Of a DNA stretch of 64,000 nucleotides, positions 26,158 through 37,632 are shown one piece after another (position 1 is the stretch's first letter; each line of letters begins with the position of its first letter). Origin of the DNA: Paraspadella gotoi. Its lineage: Eukaryota; Animalia; Chaetognatha. Made by a program: the position numbers and the translations under genes. The DNA is taken from the NCBI GenBank assembly GCA_051294375.1, contig CM119265.1:23180776-23244775 (forward strand), in the 5' to 3' direction. The notes beneath the pieces are model-generated. The model ran no database searches. It saw nothing but the letters and a program-made list of their open reading frames with translations, and was not told the DNA's origin.

Positions 26158-29100
26158 TCTCTCTCTCTCTCCCTCTCTCCCTGCCCTCTCTTTTTTTTTC
26201 TCTTTTTTCTTTTTTCATTTATTTTGTTTGTTTTTTCTCCTCGTTTTTCTTTTCTTTTATTTTCCATTAGAATCTTTCAATTTTAAATTTAAAAGAGAAT
26301 AACATTTCGAGATTGAAAATCGAATCGAAAAAAAAAAAACAGGGCAAAACTAAAAGAAAATGTCAAGCAAAGAGAAACTTTCCTCTTCCGTCTTCATTGG
26401 TTACCAATTTTTGGCAACGCTCCCCACCCATACCTCCCAACAGCTCGTCGACGGTCGACGGCGGATCGAGGAACAGATTTTCGAGTCCGCCTCTCGGCGC
26501 GGAATCCACAGAGGACGCCGCCGCCGCCCACTCCGTGCGTCTGCAAGGTGTGTTTCCGAAGATCATAGTCATGATAGATGGAAAAACGAGTCAGGGAGTG
26601 ACGTCCACTCACCATCTCCTCCTCTCCTCACCATCTGTTCCTCCTCCACTCACCATCTGCTCCTCCTCTTCTCACGACCTCTCCTCCTCTCCTCACCATC
26701 TGCTCCTCTTCCACTCACCATCTGCTCCTCCTCCACTCACCATCTCTTTCTATTAGAGTCAGAGCCCTTATTCGACTATGATTCGACTACCTCAAACGGT
26801 ACAATGAAATCTCCACCTCTCCACACCATCTCCTTCTCCTCTCCTCACCATCTCCTCTCCTCACCATCTCTTCCACCTCTCCTCACCATATCCTCCTCCT
26901 CCACCCACCATCTCCTCCTCCTCTCCTCACCATCTCCTTCTCCTCTCCTCACCATCTCTTCCTCCTCCACCCACCATATCCTCCTCCTCTCCTCAACATC
27001 TCCTCTCCTCACCATCTGCTCCTCCTCCACTCACCATCTCCTCCTCTCCTCACCATCTCTTCCTCCTATCCTCAACATCTCCATCTCTCCTCACCATCTC
27101 CTCCTCCTTCACTCACCATCTCCTCCTCTCCTCACCATCTCTTCCTCCTCTCCTCACCATCTCCTCCTCCTCTCCATCTCCTCCTCCTCCTCTCACCATC
27201 TCTCCTCCTCTCACCATCTCCTCCTCTCCTCACCATCTCTTCCTCCACCCAGGATTCCCCGTCTCCGTCGACGAGCCACTCCGCTCCTCCGTCTCCGTCG
27301 TCGCCTCCAACTCCGCGCAGCATTTAATCGCCGGAAGCCCCGAGCAGCAGCAGCAAATGTTCGGCAGCCCCGAGCGACCGCAGCAGCTGTTCGACAGCCC
27401 GTCGCAGCAGCGGCTGATGGACCGCAGCCCGGGCCAGACGGGCTCGACCCCGAGTCCGGGAATGCTGGCCACGTCGCCCCTGAACGCGAGGAATTTAACT
27501 CTCGCCCACTCACCCGCAGGTGAGTGCGGACTGCGGGTGTTGAAGATGATTTGGGATACACTTCGTTGAAGTTTCGGTTCTTTGGTCACTTTGAGGATGG
27601 GAACAGGTTTTTTTTGTTTTTTTGTTTTTTTTGTTTTGTTTTTTTGACCAACGATGACAAAAATCCTGATACGTCGTGATTTTTTTTTTCTCTCCCGTCT
27701 GTCTCTCTGTCGATTCGTCTGTTTTTGTCTGTCTGTCCCTCATTTAAGCCAATATTAAATATTTGCTGACGTCTCACTTTTTTTTATCCTTTTCTTTCTC
27801 TCAATAATTTCAATAAAAACAGAAGAGCAATGTAGGCGAAGCAGTTTTTCCATCGAGAGTCGAGGAAATGAGGTCAATTCAATTTAATTAAATCATTTTT
27901 CGAATTTAATTGTAAGGATTGTATGAAATGTATAAAATGAAGAAAATGATATGAAAGATGCCTAGATTCCTTTTTCAAAAGAATCCTCGAAAGAGCAAAA
28001 AAAACAACCTGAAACTCTAAAAGGTCGATAATGCTATATATACAATTGTACATTGTTGAAAGCATCAATCGCCTACCGCCCTTCGCCCCTGGCGACCTCC
28101 GAGTGATCAAAGATTCAAACCTCCACCATCGCCTCTTTACATTGTTCCTCACCCTCCCACTCGTTTCCACCCCCAACCCATCTACCCACCCACCCACCAC
28201 CATCTCCAGGATCGTCGATCACCCAAATCCCCTCCCATCCTCCATCTCGTCTGCTGGAGTCGCCTCCCTCCGTTTTCGGGCCTCCGCTAAGCAACATCAG
28301 CAACATCAGCAACATCAGTCACGTCAGCAGCGACACAATGGGTACGGAACAAGTATACTTCTGTCTGTCTGTCTGTCTGTCGGGTACGAGAATATAATGT
28401 AAAATTTTTAGGAATAACAGTTTTTGTGTTTTAACGAATTTTTAATCATAGTTTATAAACTATGATAAACTATGATTAAAAATTCGTTAAAACACAAAAA
28501 ATGTTATTCCTAAAAATTTCTAAATTAACGAAAAGAAAGAAAATCATTACAATGTAAAAATTAAAAGAAGCTCAGAAAGATTAGATTGTTACAGAAAAAG
28601 GTTTCCGCATCTGAATCATTCGTTTTCGAATGGGAAGAAGGAAACGAAGAGGAGAAGAAAAACGAGGAAACAGAATAAATATATTAAAAAATTTTAAAAT
28701 ATAAAAAAATTTTTTAAAAAAATGTATTAAAAAAAAACAAAAATAAAAAGGATAATTCAAATGTCGCGAGTACCTAAAAATGACAGAACCAGGCCAAGCA
28801 AATTGTATTGAACGAGTTTTTCAGCCGTTTCTTTATCTGTTTGTCTCTCTCTTTCTGTCCGTCTCTTGGTGTTAATCTTTTAACCGGCTCAATGATTCGT
28901 AATTAGAAATTATTTCTAGCCTCCATGCAAATGCTTGGCTCGATACCAAAAGCTATTACCACAATCGGGATGACGGAATGTTTTCTTTTAAATGATACGA
29001 CCGATAGGTGGTATTACGTTATGCGTTGGTTCTAATTATTCGTAACATTAATTCAAAACCTAATAAAGACCAAGCGATTCTAACCAGTCGCAAGATTTTT

Positions 29101-29525
29101 CGCTTTTTTCCCTTTTTTCCTTATTTTTCCCTTTTTTTCTTTTTCCTTTTTTTTCTCTCAATTATTCTGTTTCTAATCTTCAGCACGCTTCTTCTCCTTA
29201 TCTATCTCTAATTGTTAATGGTTAATAGATGAGGTTTCTTTCGAAGTTTTTTTTTCTGCTTTTCCGCCGATACTTTTTTTTCACTTTCTCCTTTTTAATC
29301 TAAATTTTTTTTTTATTTCAATATCTTTTTTTCGTTTTAATTATTTCTCCATCGTTTTTTTCTTTCGCCCTTTTTATTCCTTTCCTCTTCTCACTTATAA
29401 CTCCTTACCCAACCTTTCCTTTCTCACAGAGTCCTTACCCGCAACTCACGAATCCACCACTACCTCACTTTCTCTAAACGCGCCGCCTGGACTTCGGCTC
29501 CTTCGCCTCAGCGGAGACAGCGACC

Positions 29526-29558
<33 letters not shown>

Positions 29559-29705
29559 TCGAAGATGGCGCCAAAGACTCGATGGACGTCGTGGCCGCCA
29601 ATGAAGAAGTGACGTCTCCTTGCGCCGAGGACGCCGAGTCGCACTTCGCTGAGATTCGCTCAGGTGATGGAGTGCTCTCTCTCCCTCACTCTCTCTCTCT
29701 CTCCC

Positions 29706-29798
<93 letters not shown>

Positions 29799-31325
29799 TT
29801 GACACACATCTACCATTATCTTTTCTTAAAATATAACACTGGTATTATTTTATTCTGCAGAAACTCATTCTAAAGTCGAGAGTCCAAACTACGATTTGTC
29901 TCAAAGCTTTGTTCAGGTTCGTTTTCATTTCGTGTATCCTAATTTATTTGAGAGGATTGATTAAATTTTCGCGAAAAGTCCTTCTCTCTTTTTCCTTTCC
30001 TTTTTTTTTCATTTTCCTCTTTTTCCGCCAATTGATTAACCCAACTTTTTGTCTCGATTTTATACTTGTTTATCCTTTTTTTTTTGTTTATCTCTTTCCA
30101 TTGTCTCTTATATTCATCTTTCTTTTTTTCTTCTTTTTTTTATTTTTCTTATTGACCTTTTACCTTTTCCTTTTCTTTTTTCCTATTATTTAATTCTGTC
30201 TTTAACCATTTTTTTCCTTCTCCGCTGTTTTTATATTATTATTATTATTATTATTACTTACTACTTATCTCACCTCTCATCCTTTTCTTACGCCTCTTCC
30301 CCCCCCTCCCCGCCAGCATCAGGATGCAGTGTGTCATCTGGAAGCCAATCGTCTGCCTCCAGTCACCAAAATGGAGCCAGAATCGCCCGTTGACAGGTCG
30401 CTGTCAGGGAACTGAAATCTTTTTGGAGAAAAAATAAGATGGGGAGGAAAAAAAAAAGAATGAAATAAATAGAAATATTTAACCTATCATTTAACATTTA
30501 ACCTATCAAATCATGTTTCTCTGGTAATTCGTCGATTTTATAGTATAGTGAAAGGTTATTCATATCAGTTACAAACTAATGAGAAAGGGTCTGATCTTTG
30601 GCTTCTCTTACCACTTATTTTTACCTCACTTTTTAACCTTTCTTTAATCTTTAACCTTTTCTCCTTCACAGTTTAAACTTCTCTAAACCATTCGAGTTAA
30701 ACGCGGAGGAATCGAAGCAGAGAGAAACTAGAAGAGTGGAGTCCCTCTCCCACCCTGCCGACGAGGTTGGACTGATTGATTGATTGGATGAAATCTTATG
30801 ATTGACTGATGGGTTTATTGTTTAATTTATTGAATGAATTGATATGATTTGATATGATTATTTGATTATGTTTGATTTGATTTTATATGAATATTTGATT
30901 GATTTGATTTGATTTGTTTTAATTTAATTTAATTTAATTTAATTTAATTTAATTTGTTTTTCCCACTCACCAACAGATGTCTCCACCCTATCCCTCTCCT
31001 TCCGAATCCTCTTCCTCTTCCTCCTCTTCATCCGCCACATTCAAATCCACTTTCGACTCCACGAAGAAGGCGGACACTTGTCGCGCCAAAAGGCTTCTGC
31101 CCGGTGAGCCAAGCCACTCCAACGTCAGCGTCACCGCTAAATATTTACCCAGGCCGCGCCAACGTCACTTTGACCGCGCCTTGGCTCAGAAAAAAAAAAA
31201 ACGTTTTATTTAAAATTTGGTTTTAAAGGAGGTCAATAATAAAAACTGTGTTACATAGGTAGTTTTGAATTACGAAAGGAACTTTTTTTTCTTTCCTTCT
31301 TTTTTTAGTTTTCATTTGTATTGTT

Positions 31326-31405
<80 letters not shown>

Positions 31406-34400
31406 TATTTTTTCTTTCTATCTTTATTTTTCTCTATCTATATTTTTCTCTTCCTCTTTTTTTTTCTTTACTTTTTTTTTTCTGTTTTTCTTTTCTAAAA
31501 AATAAATCAAATAAATAAAACGAGGGCACCAAACCAAAGCTTCGTTTAAACTCAATACCACCCCATCTCACTATCCCCCCCTCCAACCCTCACCCCCTCC
31601 GCCCCCCCTCCTCCAATTTTTCGCCCACCAGAGAGCGACGAGAGTCTCTTGGCCAGCCTGACCTTCGCCTACGACTTCGTGGACCTCAAGTTCGAAGACG
31701 ATCCACGACGAAACGTGCGGGAGCTCAACGCCTTCATCAATCAGACGGAAGAGCTCGTCAGGCGGATCATCAAGTTCGCCAAAAAGGAGACGCTCTTTCA
31801 GGTTTGGATGAGGGAGGATGTTGAGGGGGGGTCGGGATGTTGAGGGGGGCCGGGAGGTTGAGGGGGGCCGGGATGAGGCGGAACAAGTTGGAAACCATTG
31901 GCGTTATTTTATATCAGCCTTTAAAAGTCTGGCATCAATTTTTTTAAAAAAATTTCATTCCTTGTAGTAGATGAAAAATGAAAAAAAAATTGCTTTGGAA
32001 AGCCGTCGCGGTAGCTGAGCCAGATCCCGAAATAATAATTTCAAGATTATTGAAAAATAAGATGAATAATAGGTCAATGATTCTGAAACTGTAAAATGAA
32101 ATTCGAATGAAACAAGAGTTTGTTCCTGACAGTGGGAGATCGGAACTTATAGTAATCTGCTTTTATATAGAATACTAAGGAGATTAAAAGTGTATGAATA
32201 GATGAACAATGTAAATAGTTCTCGATTGAGAACCTTCAAAATTTCATTGTATAAATAGACTTAGCAATTAAAATTTGGGTCGACGATACTTTTATTTCTA
32301 CCCTTAAAAATTATCAGTAAGTTTCTCCTTTTGAAGATGAAATATTCTTGTAATTTGTGTCAAGGTATTAAAACCTAAAGTTATGAAATACAAACCGTAA
32401 CCTCAATTTAAAGAAATTAAATTACTGTAAGTAAGCCCAATATAAAACATTTGGAATATTTAAAAAAATAGTTAACGAGCTCATTTTACAGCACTGCAAT
32501 ATGCAAATTAACTTAAAGTGTAAGTGCCGATTGCCCCTGAAAGATTATATTTTTATTTTGCCTTCTATTGAAGACATTAATCGTTGCTCTTAACTTCTCT
32601 TTGCAGAGCCTTTCCCAAGAGGATCAGATCGCGTTGCTGAAAGCCTCGGTCTTCAGCATCATCCTCCTCCGATCCGTGATCCATTATGACCCCAACTCAG
32701 ACGCTCTCTGCCAAGCGGCCATTGCCTACAAGATGGAAAAGCTCAGAAATATTTTGGGTAACCAATGAGCGATGAAGATCATTATTTGTTTCAAATTTGT
32801 TCGCTTTTTGATTGTTGAAAATTTAAAAAAATAATGTTTTAAGAAAATTAATTAGATTAGATATGGTATCGACCGTTCGTTTTGTGTATTAAAAAAAACA
32901 AACAAACAAAAGTTTTTTAAAAAAAATATTAGATTTCGACCAATCGCCGACGTCACAATAAACTAGTAAATTTTTTTGGGGGGTAATGTCATTGTTAAGT
33001 TCTAACTCTCCTGGTAAATAATAGTCATGCGTCAAGTTTGTAAAATAATAAACCTTTCCCCCCCCCCACTCCCACGATTCTTGGCTCAGGAGCGGACTCG
33101 GCGATGTGGGCGAAACACATCGCCTTCCTCAAGAGTTTCCATCTGGAGTTGGGGATGGACCGACCATCGATCCTCCTCATCATGATGATGGTTCTCTTCA
33201 GCCCCGACCACCCAGGAGTCAAGGTAAGTTCGTTTTCCGTTTCCTAAGATCAGTTTACGTATTTTTAGGTCGATAAAGTTTTAAAGAATGAGCTGGTTCC
33301 TGTGGTTATGATTAGCGCTTAAAGATTCTTTAATTGTGTGTGTGTGTGTGTGTGAGAGAGAGAGCAAGAGAGATAGAGAGACAGAGAGAGAGCCCACTCA
33401 GCTAACAAATTGATCCCCTGAATATTAAAAACTCTAAATCCAGTTGAAATTGAAACAGTTGTAGTCGGCCATTGCATAAGTTCACCCCTCCTATAAACAT
33501 GACACCTTCAGTCGTGACCCGATTGCTCTTGGAGTAAAGCCATCAGCTCATGACCACTAGGTACTACACTATATGACGGAAAATATCACAGGGCCTCGCT
33601 ATCGAGCCAGAACAGGCCTCGCTATCGAGCCAGAACGACTGACACTATATGAGCTTAGTAGGTGGTGACGGAAAATATCACAGGGCCTCGCTATCGAGCC
33701 AGAACGACTACACTATATGAGCTTAGTAGGTGGATGACGGAAAATATCACAGGGCCTCGCTATCGAGCCAGAACGACTACACTATATGAGCTTAGTAGGG
33801 TGGATGACGGAAAATATCACAGGGCCTCGCTATCGAGCCAGAACGACTACACTATATGAGCTTAGTAGGGTGGATGACGGAAAATATCACAGGGCCTCGC
33901 TATCGAGCCAGAACGACTACACTATATGAGCTTAGTAGGGTGGATGACGGAAAATATCACAGGGCCTCGCTATCGACCAGAACGACTACACTATATGAGC
34001 TTAGTAGGGTGGATGACGAAAGCCAGAACGACTATACCGGGTACCGGGCACCGGAACCTACCCTGCGGGAAGTGTGAGGACGGCCGTTAGCCACCTTGAG
34101 GGGCGTGGAAAACCCCCAAGCCTGGTTCCAAGCCCAGGACCAGTTCCATTGCTGCTGAGGGGGCACAGGCTCATTTTCTTTTCATCTTCCTCCCTCCCCA
34201 ACCACTCTTCCTCCTTCCTCTTCCCCCCTTCCCCTTCTCCCCTTCCCCCTTTTTTTCCAGGATCGTGAGGCCGTTGCCGAGTGTCAAGAGCGCTACATGC
34301 TTTTGTTGAAGCATTATTTAGAGTCGACTCGTTCCTATGGCGACGCTGTTTATCTCTTCCCTCAGGTCATTGCCAAAATCGGCGAACTCAGGTTAGATTT

Positions 34401-34710
34401 TTCATTTCATTTTTTTTTTTATTACTTTTTTTTTGGGGGGGGGTATTTTTTTGTTATTATGATTTATAATTTTTTTTTTTTACTCGCTTTGTATTTTGTA
34501 TTTTCTTGTGCCGTTTTATTTATTCATGATACTCGATTATGAATGAATGATTTTAATCTGATTAACAGTTAATTTTTTTTTTTTTTTTTTAATTCCGGCA
34601 GAAACTTGACGGAGGCTCACGCCAAGCTGCTTGCTACCACCATCACCAAATCTCCTTTGGAACCACTCATGGTGGAGATTTTCGACATAAAAACGATGGC
34701 TCATCCCTGA
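17366..34710 (+). CDS. Hr96: Nuclear hormone receptor, NR1J (HR96/DAF-12/NHR-8-like), 19 exons, ~856 aa
   Basis: Phase-consistent exons: 17366-17563, 18493-18616, 18888-18957, 19634-19749, 21254-21485, 26444-26547, 26757-26798, 27253-27519, 28210-28341, 29430-29663, 29861-29916, 30317-30396, 30672-30765, 30977-31103, 31632-31801, 32607-32757, 33090-33223, 34261-34391, 34602-34710 (2571 nt). DBD: [29 protein letters not shown]...CLFSGSCKIDVNTRRFCQFCRLKKCFTIGMKKEWIL (P-box ESCKA = NR1J). LBD signature IIKFAKK..FQSLSQEDQIALLK, LFSPDHPG, AF-2 PLMVEIFD. Hinge exons are less certain than DBD/LBD exons. Confidence 0.95.
19040..19260 (-). repeat. Copy of an unclassified interspersed repeat family (ccatcagctcatga family)
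   Basis: 19204-19252 is the reverse complement of 33505-33555, and 19108-19132 is the reverse complement of ~34102-34127. Related cores at ~3205-3270, 7095-7165, 14635-14700, 48846-48915 and 50557-50630. Confidence 0.6.
19333..19568 (+). mobile_element. Possible tRNA-related short element flanked by 9-bp direct repeat TATAATGTT
   Basis: TATAATGTT at 19324-19332 and 19569-19577. A-box-like TGGCTCAGAGG at ~19369, followed by aacgcaccgtccc, which resembles the head of the 60641-60896 element. No clear B-box. Confidence 0.35.
20330..20600. repeat. Degenerate (TAACCC)-like hexamer tract
   Basis: Runs such as cccataaccctaaac, aaaacccttaccttaaacc and taaccataatcgttaacc. Confidence 0.45.
22363..23011 (+). 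mobile_element. TRIM (miniature non-autonomous LTR retrotransposon) with tRNA-like sequence in the LTRs
   Basis: Direct repeats 22363-22593 and 22782-23011 (~230 bp, ending CTCTTCA). PBS TGGTGAGCCCGAC at 22595-22607, one mismatch to the complement of the tRNA-Trp 3' end (TGGTGACCCCGAC). PPT GGGAGGGGGGA at 22769-22779. ~190-bp non-coding interior. Flanks actt/cctt. Confidence 0.88.
24378..25028 (-). mobile_element. Same TRIM in the other arm of the inverted duplication
   Basis: Reverse complement of 22363-23011 with a perfect 4-bp TSD AAGG at 24374-24377 and 25029-25032. Confidence 0.88.
26605..27250. repeat. Low-complexity CTCCTCACCATCT-type minisatellite in NR introns 6-7, surrounding a 42-nt exon
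   Basis: Dozens of variants of tcctcaccatctc. This tract explains the spurious 387-aa ORF. Confidence 0.85.
33565..34035. repeat. 70-bp minisatellite (~6 copies) in NR intron 17
   Basis: Unit gacggaaaatatcacagggcctcgctatcgagccagaacgactacactatatgagcttagtagggtggat recurs at 33737, 33807, 33877 and 33947, with variant/partial units at 33576 and 33668. Confidence 0.95.
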
Positions 34711-37632
34711 CCACATTCCCTTTGAATCCCGTCCCCAGCCAATCCCCCCCCCAAGCCTCCTCGCCGACTCATCCACCGTCAGTATCTAGTTTTTCGTGAC
34801 CTTCTTCTTCTCTCTTTTCGGGTTAAAAAAAAAAATAACAAAAACGAAACAACTCAAATCGAAAAAACCAAGAAGAAACAGCGACGTATTTCGTACCTCT
34901 TGTTTTATCTGAGTCGTCAAAACTCGTTATAATTCTACGCTAAACTAGTTCTAGCATGACATTTTATGGTTTGCTAAACCCCGTTTTAAAATGTACCCCT
35001 CGGTTTTGACATTTTTGGCAACGGACCGTTCTTTAAAAGTAATATTGTTTAATCTTAGGAAAAGATAACTAGACCTATATTTTCGTGAAACAACTTTTAT
35101 AATATAATACTGATTTTTTTTTTTGTTTTTTTTTTAATGTTAAAGCTCTAAAGTTTAAACATTTCAATAATTGGGAGGGGAATAATCTTTATTTTTTCCG
35201 TTTTATAGTCGTCATAATTAGTACTTGACGCTTTGTTGTTGTTTTTATTTTCTTCATTGAAGATGTCGCCTCTCGAATTTTCTTCCCAACTTTCTTTAAA
35301 AAAAACAAAACAAAAGATCCGATGTGCTTTAACGTCCAATTTTTTTATCGTGAAATCGATGTAAGGTTTGACGTCCTAATCCTGTGCTTTAAAAAGTTAA
35401 AAAGTTCGCTATTCTGGGAATTTTACTTGAACCAAATTACATTTTAAAAAAATTATGCAAATTGTATTGCAAATATCACTGCAATCGCTGTGTTCAACGC
35501 GCAAAAAGTACTGCGTGCTCGTATGTGTATTGCTCAATTAGTCTCTATACCTCCGGACGTCTCACTTATTTAATATAATCTGTATTTTAGGTAAGGAAAG
35601 TTTAAAATAACCAAATAACCATCCGGGTAGCCATAAACATAATATACAGTTTTTTAAAATTTTGTCAGGTAACAGTGGGGTCACATTAAAAACTAATTGC
35701 TAATATAACAAGGCCTTACGTTAGATTATTAATATATTTTTTGCGGTAGAATAATGTTGCTCCTTCCTCTCTGTATTGATGCCTTTTACTCAAATTACCA
35801 ACTGTATATTACGTTTTTATGATCCTTTGTTTGCAATTCTTCTCGATTCGCGACAAAGTAGTTGTAGAATATTTCGCCGAACTAGTCATTATCATAAATA
35901 TGGTCATTTTTAAATTTGAATATTGAACAGTCTGGAATTGAACAGTCTGGAACATGGTGGCAACGTTTTTGTTGTTGAAATTTTTTAAAATTTGCTTTGC
36001 ATTGTTCAGTAGCTCCCGAATTTCGGATTTTTTTTAGTATCAATTAAAATGATATATAACTATAAAACTTCATTTATTCTCCTTTATTGGGTGGCTTCGA
36101 AAATGTGGACAATTGTGATGATGACTGTACATGTTTACGCTCCCGTTTGTTAGAGCAAAAATAACCTTTGTTGTAACTTTCACATGTGTCACTTCTGTTA
36201 CAAGAAAATGTTTGAATTCTATAAATTGTGTTTTTAATGCACAGAGAGCAATCGAGCAACAGCTATTGCCCGTAGATGAACAATTAGCTAAAGAGAAAGT
36301 TTTGAAAAAAAGCTTTGTTCGCATAAATCTTTTAAAAGATATACAAGACGTGGTTTAGAGGTTTTTAAAGTTGACATATTAATGTTTAAAGTTAACCGAT
36401 GGACCAATCATATTCGAGCTAGAGATGTTACGCTCACTTGTGTAAAACAATATGATTGAAAAATTGATTAAAATCCGCAATATTGTTTACAAAAATATTT
36501 TTTAAACCATATTGGCTTGTTTAAATAGCGAATAAAAAGGATAAAGATGCTGCCAGTTGGCGTCAGCTACCTTTTTTAAACATTTGTCATAAGATTAACT
36601 CTTTTTATTATTTTAAATATTTCGGCCTTTTTACGTTTTAAATCCTTAAATCATAATTTTCACCATAATTTTTTTAAAAAAAATAGACAATAGCCTTCAT
36701 TTCCCGCCGCCTCCGCCGCTTCCGCCGCCGCAGCCGCGGCATTCAGATTTCCCTCTGGATTTCATCAGCTCCCAATTTCACATCGCGTGTCAACTTCTCG
36801 AGATTTCATCAGAATTCTCGCGTCCACTAGAAATTTTTCCTCGCTCTTTTTTTTTTTTTTTTAAGTTTCCTTTATTTATTCATAATTCCTTAATTTTTTG
36901 TTATTGATGCAAACATTCTTTAAACAAATATACTTTATTACCAAGATCACCCTTTATATCTTTAAAACACCGAATTATATCAAAACAAACAAACGATCTC
37001 CCTTACATCTAAACTATTTCACTGGAAATAGTAACTTTTCACTTTTACAAGTAATTGCCGAAATTTGATTTAATTCACGGGAGTAAATAGGCGATGTATT
37101 CAGTTTTTCATCGTATTGATATTATAAAAAAAAACTCGAGCTATTCGAAGAACCAACTTCTCGTGATAACGTTCCCATTGTTAAAGTTAAACCGTTGCGT
37201 AATTTTTTTTTATTATCCTCCACCGTTTGTTGCAGATGCGTAAAGATCTCCGACTGACTTTGAGATTTCGTAACAAATAAGTTAACGTACGCGCTTCTGA
37301 AGGAAAGTAGAAGTAGATTATACTTATATAGAACAAAAAAGATGAAAACAAAGAGCTAAAAAACTACAGCAATTTACCTCTCTTTACGAATCGTCGTCCA
37401 TTTACAACGACGCACTGAAAAAAAAAAAAGCCCACTAAAAAAAAATAGAATAAAAAAAAAAAAAAAAAACTCACACTCACGGCGCTTCATATCTCAACCG
37501 ACACACAAAGTTTCAAGTTCGACTCCACTCGATTTTCTTATCGCGTCGCCCTAGCGACCATCTCCGACAAAGATTCAGACGATAGATCGCACACCGTCAT
37601 TCTCTCTTCCTCCTCCTCCTCCTCCTTCCGAC

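Noticed and set aside
26360-27523. 387-aa ORF
   Set aside because: Mostly the stop-free CTCCTCACCAT minisatellite; only the 42-nt exon is in this frame, and the real exons 6 and 8 use another frame.
33565-34035. CRISPR-like array
   Set aside because: Units are head-to-tail identical with no unique spacers; eukaryotic intron; no cas genes.
35800-36360. Transposase or small gene fragment
   Set aside because: Short ORFs with no recognisable motif or splice structure.
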